Shown: piece after piece, positions 54,056 to 64,000 of the stretch
Layout: each line of letters opens with the position of its first letter
Position numbering within the stretch: position 1 is the first letter of the stretch
Translations under genes and position numbers: made by a program
The notes under the pieces: model-generated
Told to the model about the DNA's origin: nothing
The model's database searches: none
What the model saw: only the letters and a program-made list of their open reading frames with translations
NCBI GenBank assembly: GCA_963767005.1
Contig: CAVYCN010000003.1
Span: 64,001-128,000, forward strand
From: an uncultured Actinomycetes bacterium
GTDB lineage: Bacteria > Actinomycetota > Thermoleophilia > UBA2241
Direction: 5' to 3'
Length of the DNA stretch: 64,000 bases

Positions 54056-54266
54056 ATCCCCTCCTAGCCGTGCCGCAAAGTGCCACGAAGGTACCCTTGA
54101 ACGGTGCCTGCAAATCTGGGCTGGTGTTCGCGGGGAAGTGACGGGGAAGTGACCCTACGGCGCAGTCCTCGGGCGTCGGAACGCGTGGCGCCCATGACTC
54201 CACGACCTGGGGGCCTTTGTACCTTGCTGCACCAGTCGCCTGTGCCGACGCGCCGCCGCCGCCCCG

Positions 54267-54728
54267 TTAGACGGAGGTGCCCTCGTGGCCGAGTTCCACG
54301 ACGGTCCTGTAGCGGTGCTCCACCAGGAAGCGCCGGATGCGTGCCTCGATCTCGTCGCGCGCCTGGCGGAACCTCTCCAGACGCTCCTCGGCGCTGCCCT
54401 CGGTCGTCCCGGGGTCTTCAAGAGGCCAGTACTCGCGCGTACCCGGGCCTGGGAACATGGGGCAGTCCTTCTCGGCTCGGTCGCAGACCGTGATGAGAAA
54501 CTCAAAGCGCGCCTTGCCCATGAACTCCTGCAGGCCCTTCGGCCGCTGGTCGGCGATATCGATCCCGCGTTCGGCCATGACGGCGATCGCCAAGGGGTCG
54601 ACGGCGCACGGCGCGGTGCCGGCGCTGTAGGCCGCAAAGGCATCTCCGGCCAGGGCCCCCAGGAAGCCCTCGGCCATCTGGCTGCGCGCGCTGTTGGCGC
54701 TGGAGAGAAAGAGGACCTTCTTGACCAC
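54267..54728 (-). CDS. ArsC/LMW-PTP family protein (catalytic Cys replaced by Ser)
   Basis: FLSSANSARSQMAEG, SAGT, TVCD...CP, EDP, FRQARDEI. Confidence 0.85.
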   Translation of the reverse strand: MVKKVLFLSSANSARSQMAEGFLGALAGDAFAAYSAGTAPCAVDPLAIAVMAERGIDIADQRPKGLQEFMGKARFEFLITVCDRAEKDCPMFPGPGTREYWPLEDPGTTEGSAEERLERFRQARDEIEARIRRFLVEHRYRTVVELGHEGTSV

Positions 54729-55212
54729 GTCTGCCTCCGCTGGATGGACCCGGTGAGGAGCATCCTACTCGTCCCCGACCAGATGCGACGGCGCGCAGGC
54801 AAGCGAAAGCCCGCCGCAACCTCGGGGGCGCTAGCAAGCCAGCCGTGCTAAGACGTGCCTGCCTTGTCGCGCTTCAGACGTGTCACGCCGAGCCGCGATT
54901 CGGTTCGTCGTGCCACGCCTTGCCATACCGATGGCTACAACGGGCACCTGAAGTATTCGCGCAACAGCCCACTTCTACACGCGTTGTCGCGGCCGATTGC
55001 TCTACGGATGACGGCGACCCCGGCGGATCGCGGCGCGCAGTGATGCCGGCTGTTTCCGGCAAACACAGGTCACGCGAACCGGTGCGACCTCCAAGTCCCC
55101 TGCTGACGAGCCTGCGGCTGACAGGCTGCCGACGCCTCCCAGGGTCGGCACAAGCCGGATGGGGGAGAATTGAGGCAAGAGACCGCCCAGGCACAGCCCG
55201 AAGGGAGCCGCC

Positions 55213-56154
55213 ATGACCACCACCGAGCTCTTCCCAAGCCGATGGCAACCCCAGGTCGTGTTGATGGCGGCCCTGCGGGTCGGCTTGATCGCCGAGTTGC
55301 TCGACGAGCCGCACACACCCGGCGATGTGGCGGCTGCCCTCTCCCTGGACGAGCGCGCCACCCTGCGCGTGGTCGCCGTGCTGCTCGATGCGGGCTGGCT
55401 CGAACGTCGTGGCGATGGCCTTGTCGTGGCCCCCGAGGTCCGGCCACTGCTCGACCGCCGCAGCGAGGAGTACATGGGCGACCGCCTGCTCCATCTCCAC
55501 GACCTGCTCGGCCGCTGGGTGCAGCTACCGGAGGTGCTGCATCACGGCGGCCCGGCGAGCTTCGAGCGGACCGCGGAGTCGCTGCAAGCCTTCATCGGCT
55601 CGATGCGCGCCGGCGCCCGCGAACGCGCCGAGCCACTGGCCGAACGTCTCGCGACGCTCTTTCCGCGAGTCAGGACCGTGTTGGATGTCGGCGGCGGGCC
55701 CGGTACCCAGGCCTTCGCCTTCAAGCGGCGGGGCTGGCAGGCGACGGTACTCGACTTTCCCGAGGTGATCGAGCTCATGGCAGACGACCTCGCAAGGGCC
55801 GGCATCGCCACGATCAAGGCGGACGCGACGCAGGGCATCCCGGCGGCGGGCTTCGACCTCGTCTTCTGCGGCAACCTCTTTCACTCGATGTCGCCGAGCC
55901 AGTGCGCCGCCGTGGTGGCGAGCTGCGCCGGTGTGCTCGATGCCGGCGGGGTACTGGCCATCCTCGACTTCCTGCGCGGTGAGGGTCTGCACGCCTCGCT
56001 CTTTGGGGTCAACATGCTGGTGGCCACAAGCGCCGGCGACGCCTACGGCGAGGACGACTATCGTCGCTGGTGTGAGGATGCCGGACTGGAGAGCTTCACC
56101 GTCCAGCAGACGCCCGGGCAGGGCCAGAAGCTGCTGACCGCCATCAAGTCCTGA
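55213..56154 (+). CDS. O-methyltransferase family SAM methyltransferase with dimerisation domain
   Basis: LDVGGGPG, DFPEV, FDLVFCGNLFH. Confidence 0.88.
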   Translation: MTTTELFPSRWQPQVVLMAALRVGLIAELLDEPHTPGDVAAALSLDERATLRVVAVLLDAGWLERRGDGLVVAPEVRPLLDRRSEEYMGDRLLHLHDLLGRWVQLPEVLHHGGPASFERTAESLQAFIGSMRAGARERAEPLAERLATLFPRVRTVLDVGGGPGTQAFAFKRRGWQATVLDFPEVIELMADDLARAGIATIKADATQGIPAAGFDLVFCGNLFHSMSPSQCAAVVASCAGVLDAGGVLAILDFLRGEGLHASLFGVNMLVATSAGDAYGEDDYRRWCEDAGLESFTVQQTPGQGQKLLTAIKS

Positions 56155-56374
56155 TTGCGGGGCATAGGTCTGCCGGTTCTGTGGGCGCGTGAGAAGCGCA
56201 GCACTGAGCGGATGCTGCCGACTGAACGCCGACGCTGCGAGCCAGCACTGTGCCCCTGACGTGTCGGTTCGTCTCGGTACTCCTTCTCCACCTTTCCGGT
56301 GCCTCGACTCGCCTTGCTCGGGCTTCCGACCCGAGTGCATGTCTTCCTGTCGGCACAAGGTCAGGAGGAACATC

Positions 56375-57610
56375 ATGCAAGGTCACATCAGGCGTCGCGG
56401 CAAGGGCGGCAGTCTCGAGTACATCATCGACATCGGCGAGGCTCAGGCGCAGCGCTGCCAGGAGTGCGGGCGGCGCTTCTGGCTGGAGCGCCAGCCGCTC
56501 GCGGCCTGCCCGCGCTGCGGCGGCAAGCTGCAGCTCGGCGCGGAGCGCCGCCGCCAGACGAAGGCGGGCTTCGCCACTCGCAAGGAGGCGCGGACGGCGA
56601 TGAACAAGGTGCTGGCGGCGGTGTCAGAGCGCAGCTACGTGGTACCGACCAAGGTCACGCTCGAGCAGTTCCTCACCGACGAGTGGCTGCCGGCGATCGA
56701 GTCCACGGTGCGCCTCACCACCTACCGCTCCTACGTGCAGCACGTGAAGTGGCACATCGCACCGCACCTCGGGGAGGTGGCGCTGTCGTCGCTCTCAGGC
56801 GCCCAGATCAACGGTCTCTATGCGACCCTGGCCAGTCACGGGCGGCGGGGCGGTAAGGCCGGCCTTTCACCCCAGACCGTGCGCCACGTGCACGCCGTGC
56901 TGCACCGCGCGCTGCGCGACGCGGTGCGCTGGGGGCTGATCGGTCGCAACCCGATCGACTCAGCCGACCCACCGCGGCCTTCAAGCTCTCGCGAGATGCA
57001 CACCTGGAACCCCCGGCAGCTTGAGGCCTTCCTGGCCTTCACCGCGAGCGACCGCCTCCACGCGATGTGGCAGCTACTGTCGTTGACCGGCATGCGCCGA
57101 GGCGAGGCCTGCGGGTTGCGCTGGTGTGACTGTGACTTGGAGCAGGGACGGATCGCCGTCTGCCGCGCCCTGGTACCGGTGGCCCGCACCGTGCTCGTCA
57201 CAGAACCGAAGACGGCGCGCGGCAGGCGCTCGATCGCCCTCGATGAGAAGACGGTGGCGGAGCTACGGGCGCACGCCGAACGCCAGGTAGCCGAGCGTGG
57301 GTCCGCCAAGAGCTGGACCGAGACGGGACTTGTCTTTGCCGGCAAGGACGGGCAGGCGCTGCCGCCCAACTCGGTGAGCCGGTGCTTCGTGCGGGCGGTC
57401 AAGCAGGCCAAGCTGCCGCAGATCCGCCTACACGACCTGCGGCACAGTCACGCCACGCTTGCACTGCGAGCGGGCATCCATCCTAAGGTCATCTCCGAGC
57501 GGCTTGGCCATGCCACGGTGGCAATCACGCTGGACACCTACTCACACGCCATTCCGGCACTGCAGGAAGAGGCGGCGACACGGATCGCAAGACTGGTGTT
57601 CAGTAGGTGA
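56375..57610 (+). CDS. Tyrosine recombinase/integrase (ICE/phage type)
   Basis: TGMRRGE, EPKT, RLHDLRH, SERLGH, TLDTYSH; RBS AGGAGG. Confidence 0.95.
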   Translation: MQGHIRRRGKGGSLEYIIDIGEAQAQRCQECGRRFWLERQPLAACPRCGGKLQLGAERRRQTKAGFATRKEARTAMNKVLAAVSERSYVVPTKVTLEQFLTDEWLPAIESTVRLTTYRSYVQHVKWHIAPHLGEVALSSLSGAQINGLYATLASHGRRGGKAGLSPQTVRHVHAVLHRALRDAVRWGLIGRNPIDSADPPRPSSSREMHTWNPRQLEAFLAFTASDRLHAMWQLLSLTGMRRGEACGLRWCDCDLEQGRIAVCRALVPVARTVLVTEPKTARGRRSIALDEKTVAELRAHAERQVAERGSAKSWTETGLVFAGKDGQALPPNSVSRCFVRAVKQAKLPQIRLHDLRHSHATLALRAGIHPKVISERLGHATVAITLDTYSHAIPALQEEAATRIARLVFSR

Positions 57611-57820
57611 GCGCACGACGAAGGTCCGCCCCTACCCGTCGCAGGAGTGGCGCATTCTGCGACACTCACGACACTAGACGTGATGCGGGGAAGCTGGATC
57701 GAGGCCGCGTTGGAGCCTGGTCGCCACGCTCCCGCCGACGATGAAGATTCGGGAGGCACTACAGAATCCGACCGGAGTAGAGTACAAGTGCCGATTGGCC
57801 GTCTAAGGGGGAGGTGGCTA

Positions 57821-59662
57821 GTGCCGCAGGTTCCCTACGAAGCGATCGTCTCTTCGACCGACCGACCCACGCTCGTCTTGGCCGGGCCGGGGGCTGGGAA
57901 GACGTACCTCCTGGGCGATCGAGTCAGCCGTCTACTCAGCGACGGCAGCGATCACGGAGCGATGACGCTCCTCACGTTCGCGAAAGACGCCACACAGAAC
58001 ATGCGGACCAAGTTGCAGGACCGGGCTCATGGATTCGGCATCCCTCATGATCAGCTTCCTCACGTCTCCACGTTGCACGCGCTCGGATACGAGATCGTCG
58101 GTAGGGACCCGCACGCGGTCAACCTCCGGAAGACGAACCTGGGCGTTCAGCCAGATCAACACGTTGCTGACCTCATCTTCAGAGACGCGGCGATGGCCGA
58201 AGGCCTGTCGGGGAGTCTCGCCGGCGATGCAAAGATGTGCAAGGCGCACGGCGACTGCACCCCGAGCACGTCCGAACAACGGTGCGCCGTATGTCGCTCG
58301 TACTGGCGAATCATGTCGAAATGCAACCGCGTCGACTACGACGATCAGGTACTTCTCGCCTGCCGGATCCTCGAAGCCAACGACAGCCTCCTGGGCGAGT
58401 ACCAAGCCCGGTGTCATCACCTGCTCGTTGACGAGTATCAGGACATCAACGCGGCCCAGTTCAGGCTCATCAAGCTGCTCAGCGGGGAGAACGTCGCTGG
58501 ACTCTTCGCCGTCGGCGATGACGCTCAAAGCATCTATAGCTTTCGCGGCGCCAGCCCCGACTTCATACTCAGGTTTGCAGAAGACTTCTCAGACGCCTGG
58601 ACGCCGCCTTTGGCCTACAGCCGTCGGTGCCACGAGGGCATCCTTGACGTCGCCCAATCCACCCTTCATTGCTTGTGTCCAGGGTGGAGCCCACCGCCCG
58701 ACATCGAGTACACCGTGGAGAGTGAACGCGGGCCGAGGGTCTGGAAGGCGCGCAGCGAGAAGGCCGAGGCGATGTGGGTTGCGCGCCTCGCTCGGCAAGC
58801 CGTGACAGAACACAAGACCGTCCTGGTGCTCGTGCCGAAGAGAGCGTTCTTCCCCCTTATCTCGGCCACCCTTGCCAGGTTTGGCGTGGCGCACGACTGC
58901 CAGGACGACCTGCTCTCGAACTCCACCCGTCAGAGGCTAACGGTCGCATGCCAGCTTCTCCGCTGGGTGCGGAATCCGGAGGACAACTTCGCAACGCGAC
59001 TGGCCATCGAGTGCGTCTTGGACCATGCGATGGTTCGCGTGCCTGGCGCCGGAGGGAGAGGTCGACTGAAGAAAGAGACCATCGAACGGCGAATCGCAGT
59101 TGAGAAAGAGATTGGCGATCTCTGGCGTCGCGTCTCGTCTCGCAGAAAGCTGATCGGGGTTCTGGATGGGCTCGACGACCCTTCGGCTGATCTTGCAGCC
59201 ATCCGCGCAGCGCTCAGTCTGCTCCGGACTACATACGGCGAGCGCGAGGGCGACTTCGCCAAGGCCCTGGCTCAGGCCTGCGGTGAGTGGATGAGGCCGC
59301 AAGACCTGGCTGCCGACCTGCTTGCTCTTGAGGCTGAGATCGACGGTGCTGCTATCCCTGGCTTCAGCTCAGTCCAGCTGATGACGCTACGAAAATCAAA
59401 GGGGCTGGAGGCGGATGTCGTCGTGCTAGTTGGTCTGGAGGACGACATCATGCCCGCTGAAGACGGCGACGAGGAGGAGCAAGCCAGGCTCTTCTACGTC
59501 GGGATGACCCGTGCCAAGCACGAGGTTCACATGATCCATTCAATCAGACGCCCGAGGAACGTCTCCTTTGGGCAGGACATCACCAACAAGCCACGGAGCC
59601 GATTCCTGGACGCCGCAGGAATCGAGAGCGATTGGACCCCTTACGACCTCGACACCGCGTGA
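57821..59662 (+). CDS. UvrD/Rep-like SF1 helicase
   Basis: AGPGAGKT, TLH, VDEYQD, VGDDAQSIYSFRGA, KSKGLE, RLFYVGMTRA. Confidence 0.92.
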   Translation: MPQVPYEAIVSSTDRPTLVLAGPGAGKTYLLGDRVSRLLSDGSDHGAMTLLTFAKDATQNMRTKLQDRAHGFGIPHDQLPHVSTLHALGYEIVGRDPHAVNLRKTNLGVQPDQHVADLIFRDAAMAEGLSGSLAGDAKMCKAHGDCTPSTSEQRCAVCRSYWRIMSKCNRVDYDDQVLLACRILEANDSLLGEYQARCHHLLVDEYQDINAAQFRLIKLLSGENVAGLFAVGDDAQSIYSFRGASPDFILRFAEDFSDAWTPPLAYSRRCHEGILDVAQSTLHCLCPGWSPPPDIEYTVESERGPRVWKARSEKAEAMWVARLARQAVTEHKTVLVLVPKRAFFPLISATLARFGVAHDCQDDLLSNSTRQRLTVACQLLRWVRNPEDNFATRLAIECVLDHAMVRVPGAGGRGRLKKETIERRIAVEKEIGDLWRRVSSRRKLIGVLDGLDDPSADLAAIRAALSLLRTTYGEREGDFAKALAQACGEWMRPQDLAADLLALEAEIDGAAIPGFSSVQLMTLRKSKGLEADVVVLVGLEDDIMPAEDGDEEEQARLFYVGMTRAKHEVHMIHSIRRPRNVSFGQDITNKPRSRFLDAAGIESDWTPYDLDTA

Positions 59663-59896
59663 TACCGAAGCCGGGTGGGGTCCGCGTAAGATGATGGGCT
59701 CGCCGAGGATCACGGCGCGCAATGCCTGACAAAGCTACCCCCTGAATCGCAGGACTCTGCTATCTGGCGCATCCGGCTGGCGCTCGCCTCATTCGCCGAC
59801 ATCCCTGATGCCTTCACTCTCGACGGAGCGTCCGCGACCGCGACACCGCTTGGCGAACAGCCGAACGGCGGCTCGCTGGTCCGGGTCGATCTCACC

Positions 59897-60802
59897 GTGA
59901 CTGCCGCGACTGTGAGAGATGCTCTGACGTGCGCAATCGACCTAAATGACGCCCTTCAGGATCGCGTCGCCTATCTGACCTTCGGTCCTGCGGCTTCCAC
60001 CATTCTGTCCGTGACGCCGCCGAGAGCGAGATATGGGGAGCCGTTTCCCATCGCCGTTCCCATCCCTGGGTACCGTCGAAGCCGCGTCGTCTTGACGCCG
60101 GCGGATATCTCGGCCTTGGACGCTGAAGTAACCGCAGAAGTCGCGACTGCGCTCAGATCTTTCCGTCAGGGCGTGAACTCGCCACTGCCCTTCGACTACT
60201 TCATCAACCTCTGGTCGGGCGTCGAGGCGCTCGCCAACGCTGACGCAGTCGCGGCCGACGACTACGTCCTCTCCGCTTGCCCAAACTGTGGCGCTGAAAT
60301 CAAGGGTGGACCGGCAAGCCACCAGCAAATCCGGCGCATGTTCACTGAAGGAGTCCCGGACGGCCTAAGGCCACCGAGGAGACTTGCGGACGAGACGCGG
60401 AAGACACGAGGGGCACTGGCTCACGGCGGAAGACGCCACACCTCTGACTTCCTCGAGGACGTGTCCGCCAAGGGTACAGGTCTGCAATCGGTGCTCGCGT
60501 CGACGCTTTCGACGCGTCTCGCTGCATCGCCTGTGGCCGGTACTTCCCCGCGAGTTGAGACCCCTTGGGGCCTCCTCACAATCTCGGTCCCCGGCCCAGT
60601 CGGCTCCGACTTCCAGGTGTCGCCTCTGGAGGTCGACTGTCGCTTCGGTCTTGCGATCGTGCCAGACGGTCGACACCGGGGACAGCTCGTCGACGCCAAG
60701 ATCGGCGCCTTCTTCCCGATCCCGGTCCAAGCGCTTGCTCTTCCCGACTTCGAACCGTCAGGCGGCAGGTCCGCTGTTCAAGGAGACGACCCTCAACGCT
60801 AG
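59897..60802 (+). CDS. Hypothetical protein, possible HEPN/ApeA-like domain with Zn ribbon
   Basis: FINLWSGVEALA, CPNC, RGALAHG (RxxxxH); start uncertain. Confidence 0.5.
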   Translation: MTAATVRDALTCAIDLNDALQDRVAYLTFGPAASTILSVTPPRARYGEPFPIAVPIPGYRRSRVVLTPADISALDAEVTAEVATALRSFRQGVNSPLPFDYFINLWSGVEALANADAVAADDYVLSACPNCGAEIKGGPASHQQIRRMFTEGVPDGLRPPRRLADETRKTRGALAHGGRRHTSDFLEDVSAKGTGLQSVLASTLSTRLAASPVAGTSPRVETPWGLLTISVPGPVGSDFQVSPLEVDCRFGLAIVPDGRHRGQLVDAKIGAFFPIPVQALALPDFEPSGGRSAVQGDDPQR

Positions 60803-60926
60803 CCATGGTGCGAGTCCCCGCCAGCGATGCAGTGCCAGACGACCGGACTCACCTTCACTCTCCCCGCGAGCCTCGGCTCCGTCAGACCCCAGTGATACGC
60901 TGGCTTTCATCGAGCAGGGGGGCTGC

Positions 60927-61718
60927 ATGGCCGACGACGACACTCCAACCGAACCGCCGGTCGACGACGACGTCGCGGCTGAGCCGTCAACCGACGAGGA
61001 GTCCTCCCGAGGCGACGACGAGCCAGAGGCCCCGAGCGCCGACGCAAAGCCGTGTCCCGAGGCGGCCGACCCGGTGCGTACCTTCGCGAATCTCTACCGC
61101 GGCGCCATGCAGGATCCGGCGAAGTTCTCACTGTTCGGCCTCGACAAGGTCGGATTGCAGAAGCTCGCTGGGGCTGACCCGACGCTGTTCAAGCGAGTCA
61201 CCGGCGTCAACGACGCACTCCTGAAGCTCGGCCAACTCGGGGCAATCAAGAACGTCGGGATCAGCAACGCTGCCATCAAGGCCATGAGCCAAGCGGGCAA
61301 GTTCAAGACACCCGGCCTGATCGACCCCAAGCTGTTCGCGAAGGTCGCCGCGATGCCCCGGACACCAGCGTTCGATTCGGACGCCACCAACTCGCTTCTG
61401 CGGGGCTACGACCCCCACCCCGAGTACAAGCTCCTCCGAGAACAGACCACCCTCCTTGAGGTCATGACCGACCTTCAGAGGAATTCCCTCGAGCTCATGA
61501 GCAAGACGGGCGACATGAACGAGGAGACGCTCTCGATCAACCGGCAGATGGCGAGCAGCTCCAAGTGGATGATGCGCCTAACGATCGTCGTCTGTATCGC
61601 CACGCTGTTCACGTTGGCCGTATCTGCCGCAACGTGTTCGCGGACCTCGCAGACGGTCGTCGTGCGGCCGGTCGTGACACTCGCACCGTCGGCAGTCCCG
61701 AGCGCCTCCCAGCCGTAA
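60927..61718 (+). CDS. Hypothetical protein with C-terminal transmembrane helix
   Basis: Acidic N-terminus, coding-like codon use, TM segment LTIVVCIATLFTLAVSAA. Confidence 0.55.
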   Translation: MADDDTPTEPPVDDDVAAEPSTDEESSRGDDEPEAPSADAKPCPEAADPVRTFANLYRGAMQDPAKFSLFGLDKVGLQKLAGADPTLFKRVTGVNDALLKLGQLGAIKNVGISNAAIKAMSQAGKFKTPGLIDPKLFAKVAAMPRTPAFDSDATNSLLRGYDPHPEYKLLREQTTLLEVMTDLQRNSLELMSKTGDMNEETLSINRQMASSSKWMMRLTIVVCIATLFTLAVSAATCSRTSQTVVVRPVVTLAPSAVPSASQP

Positions 61719-61876
61719 CGTCGCGGACAACCGTTACCGCGAGCGGGGGTTCTTCGCCGACAGCTCAGACCGGCTTCAGGACCGGAGGAGCCGCGTCGCA
61801 TTCGAACACGCCGAGTCGCGCCGACTCAGGCGCTCCTCCTGCCGACAGGGAGCCGCACACGGGCAGCTAGCGACAG

Positions 61877-61897
61877 ATGTCGGCGCGAATGTCGGCA
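61877..61897. repeat. Tandem ATGTCGGC pair (putative arm-type sites) next to right att
   Basis: ATGTCGGCG at 61877 and ATGTCGGCA at 61889. Confidence 0.65.
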
Positions 61898-61957
61898 TAT
61901 TGCCCTCTGCCGAGCGTGCACCGGTCCGAGAAGATGGCCGGGTGCAGGAAATTCTTC

Positions 61958-62031
<74 letters not shown>

Positions 62032-62151
62032 TCGGCGCTCTGGCTGTGTGCGCAGCCGGCCGCCAGTGGCGGCCGGCCCGCCGCTCCCCCCGCCAGACGA
62101 TAGGCAGACGCCGGCGCCGATACGCCGTCGTCTGCTCATGCGAAGCGAATC

Positions 62152-62228
62152 TGGAGCGGGTGAAGGGACTTGAACCCTCGACCTTCTGCATGGCAAGCAG
62201 ACGCTCTAGCCAACTGAGCTACACCCGC
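62152..62228 (-). tRNA. tRNA-Gly (GCC)
   Basis: GCGGGTGTAGCTCAGTTGGCTAGAGCGTCTGCTTGCCATGCAGAAGGTCGAGGGTTCAAGTCCCTTCACCCGCTCCA. Confidence 0.97.
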
Positions 62229-62349
62229 GCAGACGGGTAGTGTACACGACCCCGGCGCGGCCCGGCAAATCGCGCAGACGGCCCGGCGGAGCGTGAGCGA
62301 GAGGGCGCCGAGAGGACCGCCGAGAGCGCCCGTGTGCGTGCTGTTCAGG

Positions 62350-63918
62350 TCAGCGAGCGGCGCCGTCGAGCGCCCTGTTCACCAGGCGGTCGGCCTCGGC
62401 GTTCTCTTCGCGGCGCACGCACTTGATCTCGACTTCCTGGAACTGCTCGAGCAGGGCGCGCGCCTGGGCATGGTAGCCGCGCATGTTCTCGTCCTTCACC
62501 TTGTAGCGCCCGGTGAGCTGACGGCAGATGAGCTCGCTGTCGGAGCAGACCGTGAGCTTGCGCACCCGGCGGTCGAGCGCCAGCTCGAGGCCTGCGATCA
62601 TGGCCTGATACTCGGCGACGTTGTTGGTGGCGACGCCGATCGTGTCGGCGAACTCCTCTTCGACCTCGCCCGCGGGGTTGAGCAGCCGTCCGCCGATCGC
62701 CGCCGGTCCGGGGTTGCCCCGCGAGCCGCCGTCGACGTACAGCAGCAGGTGGTCGTCGCTGTGGTTGTGCCTGGGGGCGAGGCCGTCCGTGGCCTCGCCG
62801 GCCTCGGCCGTCACGGCCAGGCGGCGCCACACGCGGCGGGGCTGCTCGAGAAAGCTCACCTTGACGTGCCCGGGTCGCAGCTCGTCGGCGAGCTGCCGAC
62901 ACCAGCGCTCCATCGCGAAGCTCTCGACGACCTCGTGCGGCACGTCGATCAGGGCGAGGCCCAGACGCTCGGCGCGCTCGGCGTCGTGGTACTTGATGTC
63001 GCCGGTCACGAGCGCGCCGACCCCGGCGGCCGCGGCCCGATCGATCAGCGAGGCGCCCGAGCCCGGCACCACCGCCACGCCCTCGATCAGCTGCTCGGGC
63101 TCGCCGGTGTGACGGATCGCCGGCAGGCCGAACAGCGCCGCGACGTCGGCGGCGAAGGCCGCGAGCTCCCGGGGCGCCGGCAGAAACCCGATGCGGCCGA
63201 GGCCCAGCGTGCGCACCTCGTCCTCGACCGGGTAGACGTCGAAGGCCGGCTCCTCGTAGGAGTGGGCCGCGACGAACGCGTCGACCACCCGCTGGCGCAG
63301 CGCGCGCGGGAACACGCTCTCGAGACGGAGCTCGCTCGTGGTCTGCTCGACGCCGATCTCGCCGACGGCCGGGTGCGAGCGGTCGCCGGGACGGAACGTC
63401 CCCTGACCGGGGATGCCGAAGGAAACGTGGATGTACTCACCGATCGTGCCGGCGCCGGCCGCGAAGATGGCGGCGCGCACGGACTCGATGTCGCCCTCGG
63501 GCACGAAGCCGACGAGCTTGAGCCAGTCCACGCGGGCCGGCGCGAGCGGCACGACGCCCTCGAGGTCGAGAGCCGCGCAGACGATCTCGGCCAGGCCACC
63601 GTGGGCCTTGTCGACGTTGGTGTGGGCGGCGACCACCGCCACGCCCGCGCGCGCCGCGCGCAGCACGAGCTCGCCGGGCCAGACATCGGCCGTGACGGCG
63701 ACAAGTGGGTCGCGCACGAGCGGGTGATGGACGAGCAGGAGCTGGCAGTCGCGCCGCGCGGCGTGGTCGACCGCGGCGACCGTGGAGTCGAGGGTCACGA
63801 GGATCCCATGCACCTCGCTCTCGCGGTCGCCGACCTGCAGCCCCACGCTGTCCCAAGGCTCGGCGAGCTCGAAGGGAGCAAGGCGGTCGACGGCGGCGAG
63901 GACGTCCGCGAGTTTCAT
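62350..63918 (-). CDS. Nif3/YqfO-like metal-centre protein (PII-like insert) fused to ribonuclease HI
   Basis: AEPWDSVGLQVG, HHP, AHTNVD, AHSYEEPAFD, TGDIKYH; C-terminal DGGSRGNPGPA, TNNVAEY, SDSEL, NAEADRL. Confidence 0.9.
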   Translation of the reverse strand: MKLADVLAAVDRLAPFELAEPWDSVGLQVGDRESEVHGILVTLDSTVAAVDHAARRDCQLLLVHHPLVRDPLVAVTADVWPGELVLRAARAGVAVVAAHTNVDKAHGGLAEIVCAALDLEGVVPLAPARVDWLKLVGFVPEGDIESVRAAIFAAGAGTIGEYIHVSFGIPGQGTFRPGDRSHPAVGEIGVEQTTSELRLESVFPRALRQRVVDAFVAAHSYEEPAFDVYPVEDEVRTLGLGRIGFLPAPRELAAFAADVAALFGLPAIRHTGEPEQLIEGVAVVPGSGASLIDRAAAAGVGALVTGDIKYHDAERAERLGLALIDVPHEVVESFAMERWCRQLADELRPGHVKVSFLEQPRRVWRRLAVTAEAGEATDGLAPRHNHSDDHLLLYVDGGSRGNPGPAAIGGRLLNPAGEVEEEFADTIGVATNNVAEYQAMIAGLELALDRRVRKLTVCSDSELICRQLTGRYKVKDENMRGYHAQARALLEQFQEVEIKCVRREENAEADRLVNRALDGAAR

Positions 63919-64000
63919 GGCCGGAGTCTACCACCCGGGGAGCGTGCCCAAGCGGTCGCGCCAGAGTAGACTCGGGGACCGGCGTGCTTGCGGGGGGTCG

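Overview
High-GC bacterial window, probably from an anaerobic or facultative Actinomycetota-like host (inferred from GC content and gene style). The left ~18.5 kb is a corrinoid-dependent methyltransferase cluster. Its most notable element is a monomethylamine methyltransferase gene (mtmB, 16347-17765) that the ORF track splits at an in-frame TAG (16980-16982). That TAG sits exactly at the canonical pyrrolysine position (GMGL-[UAG]-GPET). The gene lies in one operon with a transcarbamylase, a guanidino-hydrolase (arginine deiminase/amidinotransferase superfamily) and a cognate corrinoid protein, and a carbamate kinase lies nearby. Together these suggest an undescribed pathway coupling methylated-guanidine/methylarginine breakdown to pyrrolysine-dependent methylamine demethylation. 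The cluster also has a non-Pyl MttB, a UroD-family methyltransferase and further corrinoid proteins. From 21189 to 62001 lies a ~40.8 kb island integrated in tRNA-Cys, bounded by 49-bp direct repeats, with putative integrase arm sites and a tyrosine integrase. It carries a terminase/methylase remnant, transport and metabolic modules, gdhA, gap, a second non-Pyl MtmB system and candidate defence genes. tRNA-Cys, tRNA-Gly and a Nif3-RNase HI fusion close the window. No pylTSBCD genes were recognised in this window.
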